A DNA stretch of 64,000 nt from a virus: IMG/VR virus record IMGVR_UViG_3300045988_010351. One strand, given 5' to 3'. Numbering within the stretch: position 1 is the first letter of the stretch; each line of letters begins with the position of its first letter. Below are positions 21,496 through 31,817 of the stretch, piece after piece. The notes beneath the pieces are model-generated. The model was not told the origin of the DNA and ran no database searches. It was given only the letters and a program-made list of their open reading frames with translations. The position numbers and the translations under genes are program-made.

Positions 21496-22223
21496 TATTC
21501 AAGTGCTTTTGCTAAATTAGACTTTGTATTAAGTTTAAGGAATGTAGCTAAGTCAGCTAAAGCATCGTTAGCATCATTGCTATCATCTTTAGGTCTATAT
21601 TCAGCACCCAATAACTCCTTAACCACAAATTCAATTAGGGGAGGCACTAATGCAGACTCTATAGGAAACTCTCTATCTAATATATCACATGTTGTATTAC
21701 CACTTCCATCAGGACATTGTAACTCTGATGCAGCTTTAGGGTCTTCAAATATACCTGTCATTCTTACCTTTTCAAGATACAAGTATTGTGGATTGAAAGA
21801 CTTAAAATATAGATAATTGTCTGGGCCAATAGAAGCATAGATAATATTCTTCAGATATTTATTATATCCTACATACCTCATCCTTTCTCTACTTATATAA
21901 GCAATCTCTCCTTGATAATAATCAATTGGATAAATCTTGGGATTGCCTATCTTCATTAGAAAAGGTATCTGTTCTTTACTTCTTAGATAAGAACCTCCTT
22001 CACAGGGTTCACCTGATATAGCAGGTACTTCTACCAAATCTAAGCATATAGTTTGGTAATTACTCTCAGGTATCTGCTTCTTTATATCTGAGTATTTCTG
22101 CTTCAAAAGGAGTGTTCTGTATTTTCCTAATAGGAATATTACGTGTTCTTCAGTATATGAAGCATCATCAGAATAAAGCTTCAATTCATCCAAACACATA
22201 TATACTAATTCTTTATATGTCAT
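21495..22223 (-). CDS. hypothetical structural-module protein (242 aa)
   Basis: ORF, 1-nt overlap with the next gene. Confidence 0.65.
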   Translation of the reverse strand: MTYKELVYMCLDELKLYSDDASYTEEHVIFLLGKYRTLLLKQKYSDIKKQIPESNYQTICLDLVEVPAISGEPCEGGSYLRSKEQIPFLMKIGNPKIYPIDYYQGEIAYISRERMRYVGYNKYLKNIIYASIGPDNYLYFKSFNPQYLYLEKVRMTGIFEDPKAASELQCPDGSGNTTCDILDREFPIESALVPPLIEFVVKELLGAEYRPKDDSNDANDALADLATFLKLNTKSNLAKALE

Positions 22224-22323
22224 AATTATATTAGTTATGATAAATAATTAAAGCACTGCAAATATAAATAAAATTTTTTATATTCGCAATGCTTTAATCC
22301 CCTTTATATATAGATTATAACTA

Positions 22324-22686
22324 TTATATTTTTATCCTAATGTTTGAATCTTCAGTACTTCTAATAATAGAGTCCTCAGTAATCCTACACTTTATATACT
22401 CTAAGTAGTTAGAATTATAATGAAAAAGAGAATCATATGTAGCATATGATGGTAAGTCAATAAGGCAATTATTGCCCATTATACAATATAATGCGTTTGT
22501 TATTGACTTATAATCACTTTCTGTTATATAGAAAGAAAACTCACTTGTTAGCAATTCTTCTATAAATAAAAGAACTAATAACTTAGATACATCATCATAA
22601 TTTTTATATCCTAACTTAGATAAAGCATTAAAGTATCTCTTTAGAGCCTCTTCTGCAATATTAGTTATATCATCCATAGCATCCAC
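22324..22686 (-). CDS. hypothetical protein (120 aa)
   Basis: ORF. Confidence 0.5.
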   Translation of the reverse strand: MDAMDDITNIAEEALKRYFNALSKLGYKNYDDVSKLLVLLFIEELLTSEFSFYITESDYKSITNALYCIMGNNCLIDLPSYATYDSLFHYNSNYLEYIKCRITEDSIIRSTEDSNIRIKI

Positions 22687-23221
22687 AATTTTTAGTAACA
22701 GAAGTATTTTTTATTTTAGAGAAATACTTTTTCCAATACTTTATAACTAGAGGGTAATTACCCGTCTTAATTCCTATTTCTATAGCCTTAAATCTAAGAA
22801 TAGTATCTATAAATTCTTTTGGAATAGTACAATTTTTTTCTACTTCCCTTATATATGATAGCATACTATTATAAGCATCTTGTAAATTTATTACTGTTCC
22901 CATTATTTTACTGTTGTCAAATCCACAAGGAGTGTTAGCAGCAGGAGTGCCAGTAGCTATTACATAGATAAATAATATATCAGAATGACAATTTATATTG
23001 AGAGCATTAATAGGTAACTCAAGTCTTACTTGCTTTTTATTATCTGAGCTGTAAGTATAAATAGGAGAAGAACTTGGGCCATTAGCAACAAAAGTATCTT
23101 GATTATCTATAACAATACTACCAATAAATACATTATCATAATAATCTAGGCTATCTACAGCAGCATCAATTAAAAGGTATTTATTATCTTTTGAATACCT
23201 TAGCTCATTAAAGTGTAACAT
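22670..23221 (-). CDS. hypothetical protein (183 aa)
   Basis: ORF overlapping the downstream gene by 17 nt. Confidence 0.55.
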   Translation of the reverse strand: MLHFNELRYSKDNKYLLIDAAVDSLDYYDNVFIGSIVIDNQDTFVANGPSSSPIYTYSSDNKKQVRLELPINALNINCHSDILFIYVIATGTPAANTPCGFDNSKIMGTVINLQDAYNSMLSYIREVEKNCTIPKEFIDTILRFKAIEIGIKTGNYPLVIKYWKKYFSKIKNTSVTKNCGCYG

Positions 23222-23240
23222 AGCTTATCCTTTTAATATT

Positions 23241-23275
23241 ATAAATAAAATAAGGGAGACTTAATAGCCTCCCTT
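23241..23275 (-). terminator. terminator/attenuator after the 341-aa structural gene
   Basis: AAGGGAG / CTCCCTT hairpin, followed on the minus strand by TTATTTTATTT. Confidence 0.6.
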
Positions 23276-23286
23276 ATAAATCTTGT

Positions 23287-24312
23287 TTATCTTTCAGAAG
23301 TATCAAGAGCAGCTATAGTTAAACCTGTTGCAGTATTAATAGCTGTTATAATGCTATTAGCAAGAACATTGCTCACATTATTCTTATCACCTACCTTTGG
23401 TACTACAAGAGTAATTGTCTTTTCAGACTTCTGAACTGATTCATTACTACCTACATAAGCATAGTGAATATCAATCACATTATACTTAACAGTTGGGTCT
23501 ACAAGATAAGTAGTATCAATATTATTGGGCCAACCAATCTTTCTATATTGATCACCTCTCTCACCCATGCAGAAGTACTCAAGGTCTGCAATCTTCTTAC
23601 CATTAGCAATAGTGCCAGCAGGCTCAGTATCTTCTACCTTACCCCAAACTCTCTCATCACCATCTACAGTAACAGTAGTAGGCTGTACTTCAAAATATAC
23701 AGGAGTTTGCTCCATGACACCAAGTCTCCAAGGTTGCTCAATCTCATCAATAACAAGTGCCTTATAAGTTCCAGTTAAAGCACTCTCTTTAGTATTAGCA
23801 TCAACAGGAACTGCCTCATCACTAGAATTTGTTAAGACAAACTTAACAAGAGGAACTAACTCTCTGCTAAAGTTCTTAACCAGTGACAGAGCTAACTTCT
23901 TATAGAAATCCGAAGCTGTCATGCCTGCATAAGCATGTACCATACCATACTTGAAGTATTGGTCCTCATCAGACATACCTACATACTGTCTGAATGCAAT
24001 TCTAAGTATGTAATCCTGTCCAGCTACAGGAGCACCTGCATTTACTTCATTGTCAAGAGTTACTGTAACTGCCTTTAACTCGTGTGCCATAGAATCAGCA
24101 TCAGTAGCCTTAGCATAAAGGATATTCTTGGTGTCAATTAGGTCACTTCTCATCAAGTTGTCAGCACCCTTGTATTCAAAATACAGATGATTCTTAGCTT
24201 TATCATTCTTTACTGCAATAGAACCAGCAGCATCAGATGCAAGTACATGAGGATTCTTCAATTCTTTTGCCACATAAAGCTGTCTTACTTGATTTGTACT
24301 AAATGTTGCCAT
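23287..24312 (-). CDS. abundant structural protein candidate (341 aa)
   Basis: ORF immediately followed by a terminator hairpin, a pattern typical of highly expressed capsid or decoration genes. Confidence 0.7.
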   Translation of the reverse strand: MATFSTNQVRQLYVAKELKNPHVLASDAAGSIAVKNDKAKNHLYFEYKGADNLMRSDLIDTKNILYAKATDADSMAHELKAVTVTLDNEVNAGAPVAGQDYILRIAFRQYVGMSDEDQYFKYGMVHAYAGMTASDFYKKLALSLVKNFSRELVPLVKFVLTNSSDEAVPVDANTKESALTGTYKALVIDEIEQPWRLGVMEQTPVYFEVQPTTVTVDGDERVWGKVEDTEPAGTIANGKKIADLEYFCMGERGDQYRKIGWPNNIDTTYLVDPTVKYNVIDIHYAYVGSNESVQKSEKTITLVVPKVGDKNNVSNVLANSIITAINTATGLTIAALDTSER

Positions 24313-24342
24313 TTTAATTTAATATTAAATTATACAATAGTT

Positions 24343-25056
24343 TTATTCTTTTCCTGTATTTGGAACCTTACTTATTATGGCAAGTTTTACTGCTCTCTCA
24401 AGTATAGCTCTATGTATTACAGGGTTTAATTCACATTCTGTTTTTGTACTTATATCATTGATTGACAGGTCATCTGCCAAATTAGTTAATATAATAGGAA
24501 CAGGTCTTGAAAGGTATCTAACAAGATAACTTTCTACATTATATTTTGATACTATCTCTACTACCTTATTACTTAAATCAAGCCTTAAAGCTTTCCTTTC
24601 ATTAGCACCTCTAAAGGGATTCTTCCCTATTCTATGGTACTCATCTTGAGTAATTGGTATTACAGAGATGTCTTCACCACTCATACATCCTAATCTATCA
24701 TCTTTCAAATTAACTGATTCATAGGTTATGAACCATAAGTCATCAGGTAATTCAAAGAATACAGAGGATTTGGATAGTCCTGTATATCCTACTTTCTTGT
24801 CAGTAGTTGTGTAGGTCTTTATTAAATCACTCAAGTATCTCCTAATTTCCTCAGTCTTCTCAAATGAGTCTCCAAAAGGATTCTTACCATTATACAGGTC
24901 TATTATTATCTCTTCTTGAGCCTTAGTAAGAAATATTGATTTTTCATACTCATCAAAAGCTAAATTATTTTTATCATAACTATCACCAAAAGCATTATTA
25001 TTAGCATAAGCATTAATCAATACATCAAACTCATTACTAAATTCTAAAGTAGTCAT
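24343..25056 (-). CDS. structural protein (237 aa), paralog of the adjacent 405-aa protein
   Basis: Shared N-terminus ('EFSNEFD', 'EYEKS.FLT.AQ') and C-terminus ('YL..P.PIILT.L...LSIN...T.C.L...IH..IL.RAV.LA') with the 25062-26279 product. Confidence 0.7.
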   Translation of the reverse strand: MTTLEFSNEFDVLINAYANNNAFGDSYDKNNLAFDEYEKSIFLTKAQEEIIIDLYNGKNPFGDSFEKTEEIRRYLSDLIKTYTTTDKKVGYTGLSKSSVFFELPDDLWFITYESVNLKDDRLGCMSGEDISVIPITQDEYHRIGKNPFRGANERKALRLDLSNKVVEIVSKYNVESYLVRYLSRPVPIILTNLADDLSINDISTKTECELNPVIHRAILERAVKLAIISKVPNTGKE

Positions 25057-25061
25057 AATTA

Positions 25062-26279
25062 TTATCTAGCTCTTTGTGTTTGTTGTGGGTCTACCCCCTG
25101 TCCTAGATTAGTAGAACTAATATTTCCTATTTGTATAGTAGAAGATAAATCTCCTGTATAAGCAGCCTTAGCTAATTCTACAGCTCTTTGTAAGATTTCA
25201 GAATGAATCTCTGCACTTAAAGCACAAGTTTGTTGTGTTTTCTGACCATTAATAGATAACCCTGCCTCAGTTAAATCTGTTAATATAATAGGAGTAGGAT
25301 GAGCTAAGTATCTTAACTGATATTCTTTGAATATATTATTATACCCAAAAATTAAAACTAATGAAGTAGTATTATTGTCAGCCTCATTTTGAACTTTCCA
25401 AACTTGGTTTTTAGGAGGATTTTTGAAAGGCTTTGACATTACTCTTATATATTCAGTAGAAGTAAGAGGTACTATCTGCAACAATCTATCTTTATTAAAG
25501 ACAGTATCATTGACTTTTACTTGGTCATTTATAGGAATAAATATATCAGTACCTTTAGCATAAGGAATTATAATATTGTTTTTATAATTCTCAGTAGTCC
25601 AATACGGAATAAATCTTACAAAATATTCAGTGTCCGAATCTAATTCAAAAGAATGTAGTAATGTTTTCTTAATCTTATTAGATAATCTACCATTCTTTTC
25701 TATAGTGTCTGAAGCCAATACTTCATCAAAATTTGTATAGCTAGCATCTTCATTAGTACTTCCTATATACATACCTAAATATAAAACTTCAGTAACAACT
25801 CCATCTCCTGCATAATTAAAGGCAGATTCAACAACTTCTTTAGTAGGGATTTTTAAGAATAAAGTTCTTTTAGTGGTATCAAGATGATAATGTACATTAT
25901 TATTTACATCTGCATCTCCTTTTGCATTTACATCCTGGTCTGATGTTTCAGTAATCAATTTACCTAACTCTTTAATTTTCTTTAGGTATCCTATTAAGTA
26001 ACGAGTTATACCATTAGCTAATTTATTTACCTCACTATCAGAAAGGTACTTATAAATATACTTTCTATATAAAGTACTAAAGTCAACATTTCTCTTCAAA
26101 GAGCTATCGAATCCTTCAAAATCTTTATTACCTTTAGGAGTAAAATATCTTTTAACTATATCATCCTGTGCCCTAGTAAGAAAAACACTTTTTTCATACT
26201 CATCTAACCCAGGAGCTTGATTTGACATTACATTATTATATAGTATGTCAAACTCATTTGAAAATTCTTCACAAGTCAT
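25062..26279 (-). CDS. structural protein (405 aa), paralog of the adjacent 237-aa protein
   Basis: See the paralog at 24343-25056. The extra central insertion suggests a fibre or decoration protein. Confidence 0.7.
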   Translation of the reverse strand: MTCEEFSNEFDILYNNVMSNQAPGLDEYEKSVFLTRAQDDIVKRYFTPKGNKDFEGFDSSLKRNVDFSTLYRKYIYKYLSDSEVNKLANGITRYLIGYLKKIKELGKLITETSDQDVNAKGDADVNNNVHYHLDTTKRTLFLKIPTKEVVESAFNYAGDGVVTEVLYLGMYIGSTNEDASYTNFDEVLASDTIEKNGRLSNKIKKTLLHSFELDSDTEYFVRFIPYWTTENYKNNIIIPYAKGTDIFIPINDQVKVNDTVFNKDRLLQIVPLTSTEYIRVMSKPFKNPPKNQVWKVQNEADNNTTSLVLIFGYNNIFKEYQLRYLAHPTPIILTDLTEAGLSINGQKTQQTCALSAEIHSEILQRAVELAKAAYTGDLSSTIQIGNISSTNLGQGVDPQQTQRAR

Positions 26280-26280
26280 A

Positions 26281-27303
26281 TTACTTCAATTTAGCTTCCA
26301 AAGCAAACTTAACTTCTTGATGCTTAGGAGAGTTTAAGTATTTAGCTGCTACATTCAATGTAGGCTCTTCATTAGCCTCACAAAGTGGAGTATTGTCCTT
26401 TCTCAAGTATAGATAATTACCTCTATTAGAAATAAGACCTGCTTCTATAGCTTTCTTAATAAGAACCTTTGTAGAAAGCATTGGGTCAGTAATAACCTTC
26501 AAGAATATCTTACTATCAGCCTGTATTAAGCTATTAACCTTAGTTTGTAAGAACTCAAGTTTAGCATTCTGTGATGTTGGTCTACCATCAATAGTCTCAA
26601 TAATAACTCTTAGTAGATCAATATTATCTTCAATCTTACCAAATTCCTTATAGCACATCATTGTAGTGCTCATGTTGTTCTTGGCAACCTTAGTTTCCTC
26701 ACCTTCAGAAATAATAACAAACTGATAAGTAGCCTTAGGAGTATCTTGCAATGCTTGCAGTGAAGGAGCAATATAATCTTTGTTAGCTAATAGTATCTTG
26801 TATCTGATGTAATCCTCTGGGTCAGATAGATTGAAATAGTTATCCTGCTTTGTCAATCTTACCTTATTAATACCATTCTCATTGGAATCATCCCAGAAGT
26901 TATCTACCTTCTTATAGATACTTAGTGCATTATATTCAAGGCCCATTATTTCCTCAAGAAATGCCTTTTCCTTGTCTGTAAGGACATTAACAAACATACC
27001 TGAAGATAGTCTTGGTACTACAAATGTTCTAACTGCACCTTCTGCCATACCTCCTGACAATACATGCTTAGGGTTATTACCCCACATACCTGTCAGCTTA
27101 GGTACATGTCTTACAATAACTCTCTCATTTCTCAGACAACTAACTAAGGCATCATCAGATACCTCTATTTTCTTCTGTGTCTCCTTAGGTCTTTTTACAA
27201 TAGCCTCTTCTTTTGGTACTTCCTGTAGTGGAGTCTCTGTATTGTCTATATCAAAGTTAGGTACAGTATAGTCCACCTTCTCTTCCATTTTCTTTTCTGC
27301 CAT
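26281..27303 (-). CDS. structural/assembly protein (340 aa)
   Basis: ORF directly downstream of the capsid candidate. Confidence 0.7.
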   Translation of the reverse strand: MAEKKMEEKVDYTVPNFDIDNTETPLQEVPKEEAIVKRPKETQKKIEVSDDALVSCLRNERVIVRHVPKLTGMWGNNPKHVLSGGMAEGAVRTFVVPRLSSGMFVNVLTDKEKAFLEEIMGLEYNALSIYKKVDNFWDDSNENGINKVRLTKQDNYFNLSDPEDYIRYKILLANKDYIAPSLQALQDTPKATYQFVIISEGEETKVAKNNMSTTMMCYKEFGKIEDNIDLLRVIIETIDGRPTSQNAKLEFLQTKVNSLIQADSKIFLKVITDPMLSTKVLIKKAIEAGLISNRGNYLYLRKDNTPLCEANEEPTLNVAAKYLNSPKHQEVKFALEAKLK

Positions 27304-27322
27304 ATCTTCTCTTTAACTTATT

Positions 27323-27361
27323 GAAATAAAATAAGGGGAGGGAAGATTAACTTTCCTCCCC
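27323..27361 (-). terminator. terminator/attenuator after the major-capsid candidate
   Basis: GGGGAGGAAAG / CTTCCCTCCCC hairpin, followed on the minus strand by TTATTTTATTT. Confidence 0.65.
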
Positions 27362-27369
27362 TTTTATCA

Positions 27370-28881
27370 TCAGCCCTGTAGAATTGCAGGGATTAGTGAC
27401 ATAGTTCTTGTTGGGTCAAGAACACAGATACCAAGAGTAGACATTCTGTGAATTACAGCAGAATCCTCATCAAATGACATGTAAGGATTACCCTTTTGAC
27501 CTGTGAATGGGTTTCTTAGACCCCATTGATAACCTCTGTATTCATTATCACCCTTAATCTTACACTTAAAGATATTAGGTTGGTCCATAGTACCAATGTA
27601 CATAATATCATATCTGTAAGAGAATGCAACACCTCCATTTGGATGGAGAATCTTGTTTCTTACTGGGTCATCATAGAATGGGTCTACATCAATCTTAACT
27701 CTAACACCATTAGGAGCCTTGTACTCAACAAATTGGAAACCAGCACTCAATGAGTTTTGGTGCAACTTAGATTGAGTCTTTTGAATAACACCAATAGAGC
27801 TGTTATCAAGAACAAACTGTGTCCAACCTGATACTGTCTTTAGTACTTCCTTATGGAATTGGATAGCACCTCTTTCACCAGTCTTAATCAAGAAGTATCT
27901 GTCTCCAAAGTCCAACTTAGAAGCAGAAAGCTCATATAGAGCATCTTCAAGAAGCTTCAAACTAAATGTGTTGTAATACATAGTATTAGCAACTTCCATT
28001 TGCTCAAATAGACCAGCACCTGTCTTAATAACATTACCTGACTTACCAAAGTTCATGTACTCACCATTGGCATTTCTGTTGCTTCTACCAAATGCAAGTG
28101 CATTGTTCTTGTACTCAGAGAATTGCTGCTCTACTTCCCAGTCTACATTGTGCATCCACATTGTAGCAACTGACTTAGTATATCTACCCTCAGTTTCCTT
28201 AACAATAGGAATACCTACAGCCAGCTTCTTATTCAACATAGAGCCTGGAACCTTGTGTTGGATTCTTATTACAGACCACTCATTTCTCATAGAAACAGGG
28301 CTTGTAAATCTTACATCACCAACCTTTCTTGAAAGTTCCTTCTCAACAAATGCAGCTTCAACTGAGAATCTCTCACCTGCAAGCAGTCTCTCAGGTGGAA
28401 CACCTGCTGTATTACCACCAGCAAGCTCTACCTTATACACTGCATTAGTACCCTCCATTCTTGGGTCTCCAAGTATTCTGAACTGATAGATTTCATTCAG
28501 ATTACCTACAATGTACTCACCATCAGCAAACCAATCCTCTGGGAATACAAGATAGAAAGGAGCAGTACCTACTCCAACCATAGTACTAGCTTCTGTAACA
28601 ACATTGCCATCTTCATCTCTTGCTTCTACAAGAGGAATATTTCTTCTTGAAGAACCAATAACATCCCAATAATACTCATTATCATCTTCAAACTCTTTTG
28701 TTGGGAATTGATTTAGGAATGTGTCAAGTGTCTTTCCTCTGTAATAAGCCAACAATTGCACCATTAGGTTTGTAGCCTTCTGTGGAGCTAACTGAAAGAT
28801 AGAACCAAGGTGGTTTTCCTTAGTAAGACCCTTCCAGTGCTGGAAGCCTACCATTTGAAACTTACCTAATTTTCCAGCCAT
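27370..28881 (-). CDS. major capsid protein candidate (503 aa)
   Basis: Size typical of crAss-like major capsid proteins. It is preceded by an acidic scaffold-like gene and followed by a terminator hairpin. Confidence 0.65.
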   Translation of the reverse strand: MAGKLGKFQMVGFQHWKGLTKENHLGSIFQLAPQKATNLMVQLLAYYRGKTLDTFLNQFPTKEFEDDNEYYWDVIGSSRRNIPLVEARDEDGNVVTEASTMVGVGTAPFYLVFPEDWFADGEYIVGNLNEIYQFRILGDPRMEGTNAVYKVELAGGNTAGVPPERLLAGERFSVEAAFVEKELSRKVGDVRFTSPVSMRNEWSVIRIQHKVPGSMLNKKLAVGIPIVKETEGRYTKSVATMWMHNVDWEVEQQFSEYKNNALAFGRSNRNANGEYMNFGKSGNVIKTGAGLFEQMEVANTMYYNTFSLKLLEDALYELSASKLDFGDRYFLIKTGERGAIQFHKEVLKTVSGWTQFVLDNSSIGVIQKTQSKLHQNSLSAGFQFVEYKAPNGVRVKIDVDPFYDDPVRNKILHPNGGVAFSYRYDIMYIGTMDQPNIFKCKIKGDNEYRGYQWGLRNPFTGQKGNPYMSFDEDSAVIHRMSTLGICVLDPTRTMSLIPAILQG

Positions 28882-28922
28882 AAAAATTTAATTTATTAGT
28901 TATTGTACTCTATATTATAGGC

Positions 28923-30089
28923 TTAGACATCAAGATTCCAACCCTTTCCTATAAAGGATTCAGGGTCCTCGTCAACTCCACTTACAAACTTTAGATTACC
29001 ATCTGAGGTTCTTGCTGTGTTGTTGAGAGTATGTTCTAGTTCTCTAAGACCTTTCTTTACCTCTTTTTTTACTTTACCTTTCACCAAACCATCAAGGTTC
29101 TTAAAGCCATCAGTTAGTGTGAAAAGTAACCCAATGTTCTTTAGGAAGTCTGTCCTGTTCTCCATCTCATACTTTTGGATAGCAGTAAAGTACTCTCCTG
29201 TCTCTGGGTCTTTATATACAGGCTTAGCTATGTTATCATAAATCCTCTGTCTTGTTGATTTATCTACTGATAAATCTCCAAACACATCCTTATCATTAAG
29301 GATTGAGGACTTAAGCTTTTCAGCCTGTTCTTTTCTTTCTTTCTCTTCCTGTTCTGCTTCTGACTTAGCATCATTAACAAGTTCATCATACTTATCTCTG
29401 AAGAAGTCAATATTACTTTGCAAAGCCTCTTTTGCATCATCAATATCAGTACCAGCATTGAAAGACTTCTGTACTTCTCTTGCAGCCCTTTCCTTACTGT
29501 AACCTCTATTGATAAAGTCTTGATAAATTAGGTTTTTTCTAAGGTTTTCCCCCTTATCACTTTCATCAGAGATGCTTTCATTATTAACAGAGTCTAAGAA
29601 GTTTATAGTATTCTCATATCTTCTAATCTCTGTAGGTTCAACTCCAACATTCAAGGCTTCATTAATTCTTTTTTGTCTTTCATCAAGACCTGCCTTTATC
29701 TGTTGGTCAATCAAATCTCTAAAGTCTTCAGGGTCTTTAACCTTAGATAAACCCTCATCATCAAGGTCTGGGAAGATACCTTCCTCTTTCAAGGCTTTGG
29801 CAATGGAAGAGTAGAAGTTTTTGGGAGAAGTGCCATCCCCTTTAGGAGTGGTATCTTCCTTTTCCTCTGTATTTTCTTTTCCACTACCTACGCTCTCTGG
29901 TGTATCAGTAAACAAGTTATCTACATCAACAACCTCAGTAGTTTCTTCTTTATCCTTACTTGGCTCCTCCTCTTTCTTGGGAGGTTCCCCATTTGCAGGT
30001 GGGGTGTCCTGTGTTTCACCATCTTCTACAAACAGATTCTCAATCTCCTCTGCTCCTAAGATGTTATCTAAGCTAAGTTCTTCTTCCAT
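28923..30089 (-). CDS. scaffolding protein candidate (388 aa), acidic with coiled-coil segments
   Basis: Very acidic E/D/K-rich ORF immediately upstream (in transcription order) of the capsid candidate. Confidence 0.6.
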   Translation of the reverse strand: MEEELSLDNILGAEEIENLFVEDGETQDTPPANGEPPKKEEEPSKDKEETTEVVDVDNLFTDTPESVGSGKENTEEKEDTTPKGDGTSPKNFYSSIAKALKEEGIFPDLDDEGLSKVKDPEDFRDLIDQQIKAGLDERQKRINEALNVGVEPTEIRRYENTINFLDSVNNESISDESDKGENLRKNLIYQDFINRGYSKERAAREVQKSFNAGTDIDDAKEALQSNIDFFRDKYDELVNDAKSEAEQEEKERKEQAEKLKSSILNDKDVFGDLSVDKSTRQRIYDNIAKPVYKDPETGEYFTAIQKYEMENRTDFLKNIGLLFTLTDGFKNLDGLVKGKVKKEVKKGLRELEHTLNNTARTSDGNLKFVSGVDEDPESFIGKGWNLDV

Positions 30090-30202
30090 ATTCTTCTACC
30101 TTTTTATTCTTAAAACTGTGCAAAGGTAAGCAAAGTTTTACACACTTACAATATAGTAAATAAATTATTTATTCTTAGCATATAAAATACCTTAGATATA
30201 GG

Positions 30203-30234
30203 TAAAAAGAAAGGGTAAGATTATCTCTTACCCT
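30203..30234 (-). terminator. rho-independent terminator
   Basis: Perfect 9-bp stem AGGGTAAGA / TCTTACCCT, followed on the minus strand by TTTCTTTTT. Confidence 0.65.
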
Positions 30235-30241
30235 CATTTTG

Positions 30242-30871
30242 TTAGTACTTTCCAAGATATTCTACTACCTTGTTTTCAGCTTTACAATCTGCATCCTTAA
30301 ACCAGAATACAATAGCAGATTCAACTATTTTCTGTTCTATACCATCACCAAACCAGTTCTTAAACAGTTCTGCATAGTCATGGTACTGAGAGTTGATTGC
30401 AACATATACATCAGCAACTGTAGCAGATGTGGGAAGTATTCCCCTATATCTTTCACAAATTTCCTTTGCTTTGTACATATCAAACTTCTCACCACTATAC
30501 TTTCTGCCATTCTCAGTATGATACATATCAGCTACAAGATACTTAGCTTCAGATTCAGTAAAGTGTTCACTCTCTGAACCTCTCATTGAGTTCCTCATGT
30601 ATCTCATCATCCTATCCATATCACCACTTCTCATGCCAGACTCATTGAATCTATCACCTCTTGAATCAAACATATCCATGGACTCATCAGGTCTATTATG
30701 TCCTCTCATATAGAAGTCATCCATAGGCATAAAGTCTCCTTCCCTGCCATGTCTCATTGAACTTCTCCTATATTTATCCATAAAATCCTTGAATTTATCC
30801 ATGAACTCATGCTCATTCATACCACCCATACCTTTCTTCTTTAGGTACTCATACATCATAAGTTCATCCAT
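30242..30871 (-). CDS. Met/Arg/Asp-rich protein (209 aa) of unusual composition
   Basis: ORF with very high Met content (repeated MR, DM, RG motifs), followed by a terminator. Confidence 0.6.
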   Translation of the reverse strand: MDELMMYEYLKKKGMGGMNEHEFMDKFKDFMDKYRRSSMRHGREGDFMPMDDFYMRGHNRPDESMDMFDSRGDRFNESGMRSGDMDRMMRYMRNSMRGSESEHFTESEAKYLVADMYHTENGRKYSGEKFDMYKAKEICERYRGILPTSATVADVYVAINSQYHDYAELFKNWFGDGIEQKIVESAIVFWFKDADCKAENKVVEYLGKY

Positions 30872-30875
30872 ATTC

Positions 30876-31256
30876 TTAGTCTTTAGTGATTAACATTTCC
30901 TTGAAAGTCTCTAAATCTGTCATATTCAATACCAGCCTTTTGTTAGTTAATGGAAGATTGAATTTAATCTCTCCTCCACCAATCTCTATGTCTCCAACAA
31001 ATGAGGTCTTGAAGGTGAACGGGTTAGTAGTCATCAGATTCTCCATCATTTCAGCGAGGATATTCTCAATGTCTATATTACCATCCTTATCAGCTATAAG
31101 GTCTAAAGCCTTACTTACCTTACTGAAGTTCTTATCCAATGCTCTTGTAATAAGAGGTTTCATAAAACCAATCATAGGATTAGTCTTAGCCATAGATTCC
31201 AACTGAAGTGAGATATAAGACTTCAGATTATCAGTCAATTGCATAATAGTCACCAT
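30876..31256 (-). CDS. hypothetical protein (126 aa)
   Basis: ORF. Confidence 0.6.
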   Translation of the reverse strand: MVTIMQLTDNLKSYISLQLESMAKTNPMIGFMKPLITRALDKNFSKVSKALDLIADKDGNIDIENILAEMMENLMTTNPFTFKTSFVGDIEIGGGEIKFNLPLTNKRLVLNMTDLETFKEMLITKD

Positions 31257-31258
31257 AA

Positions 31259-31762
31259 TTACATACTTGCTTTAATAAATTCTTCATAAGTCACTTCAGG
31301 GTGTGTCTTACTGAACTCCCTAAACTTCCTAAACATTTCCATTTCCCTATTAGTCTCTTGAATAATTTTTCCTTTTAACTTCTTGACTATCTTCAATTGC
31401 CTTTGTAGCAGTTCTTTACCTTCTGGAGTAGCCTCAATTCTACCTTTAACAAGGTTAAGAATTTCTGCTTGAACCATATCCTGTATCTTAGTATAAGTAT
31501 CTACATAGTCCTCATCTTGAAGCATTCTTGTCTTCTGTTCATCTGTCATAGGGCCTATTTCAGCATCTATTTCATCCCATATCATTCTTTGTGGTACAGG
31601 TTGCTGAACAGGTTGGACTTGTTGCCTCAACTGCTTTGCAGCCTCAAGGTTTTGTTTATACTTCTCAATAAGCTGTAATTGCTCATCCAGACTATTACCT
31701 ACCATACTATTACCCAGTAGTGGGTCCCCTCCTCCTAATATTACTTGATTTACTGGAATCAT
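31259..31762 (-). CDS. hypothetical coiled-coil protein (167 aa)
   Basis: ORF. Confidence 0.6.
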   Translation of the reverse strand: MIPVNQVILGGGDPLLGNSMVGNSLDEQLQLIEKYKQNLEAAKQLRQQVQPVQQPVPQRMIWDEIDAEIGPMTDEQKTRMLQDEDYVDTYTKIQDMVQAEILNLVKGRIEATPEGKELLQRQLKIVKKLKGKIIQETNREMEMFRKFREFSKTHPEVTYEEFIKASM

Positions 31763-31779
31763 ATCTATATATTTTTAAG

Positions 31780-31816
31780 ATTAGTATTGAATAGTAAGGG
31801 GGAATTACCCCCTTAC
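31780..31816 (-). terminator. hairpin (possible weak terminator)
   Basis: Perfect 9-bp stem GTAAGGGGG / CCCCCTTAC just after the stop of the 262-aa gene. The downstream U-tract is weak. Confidence 0.4.
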
Positions 31817-31817
31817 T

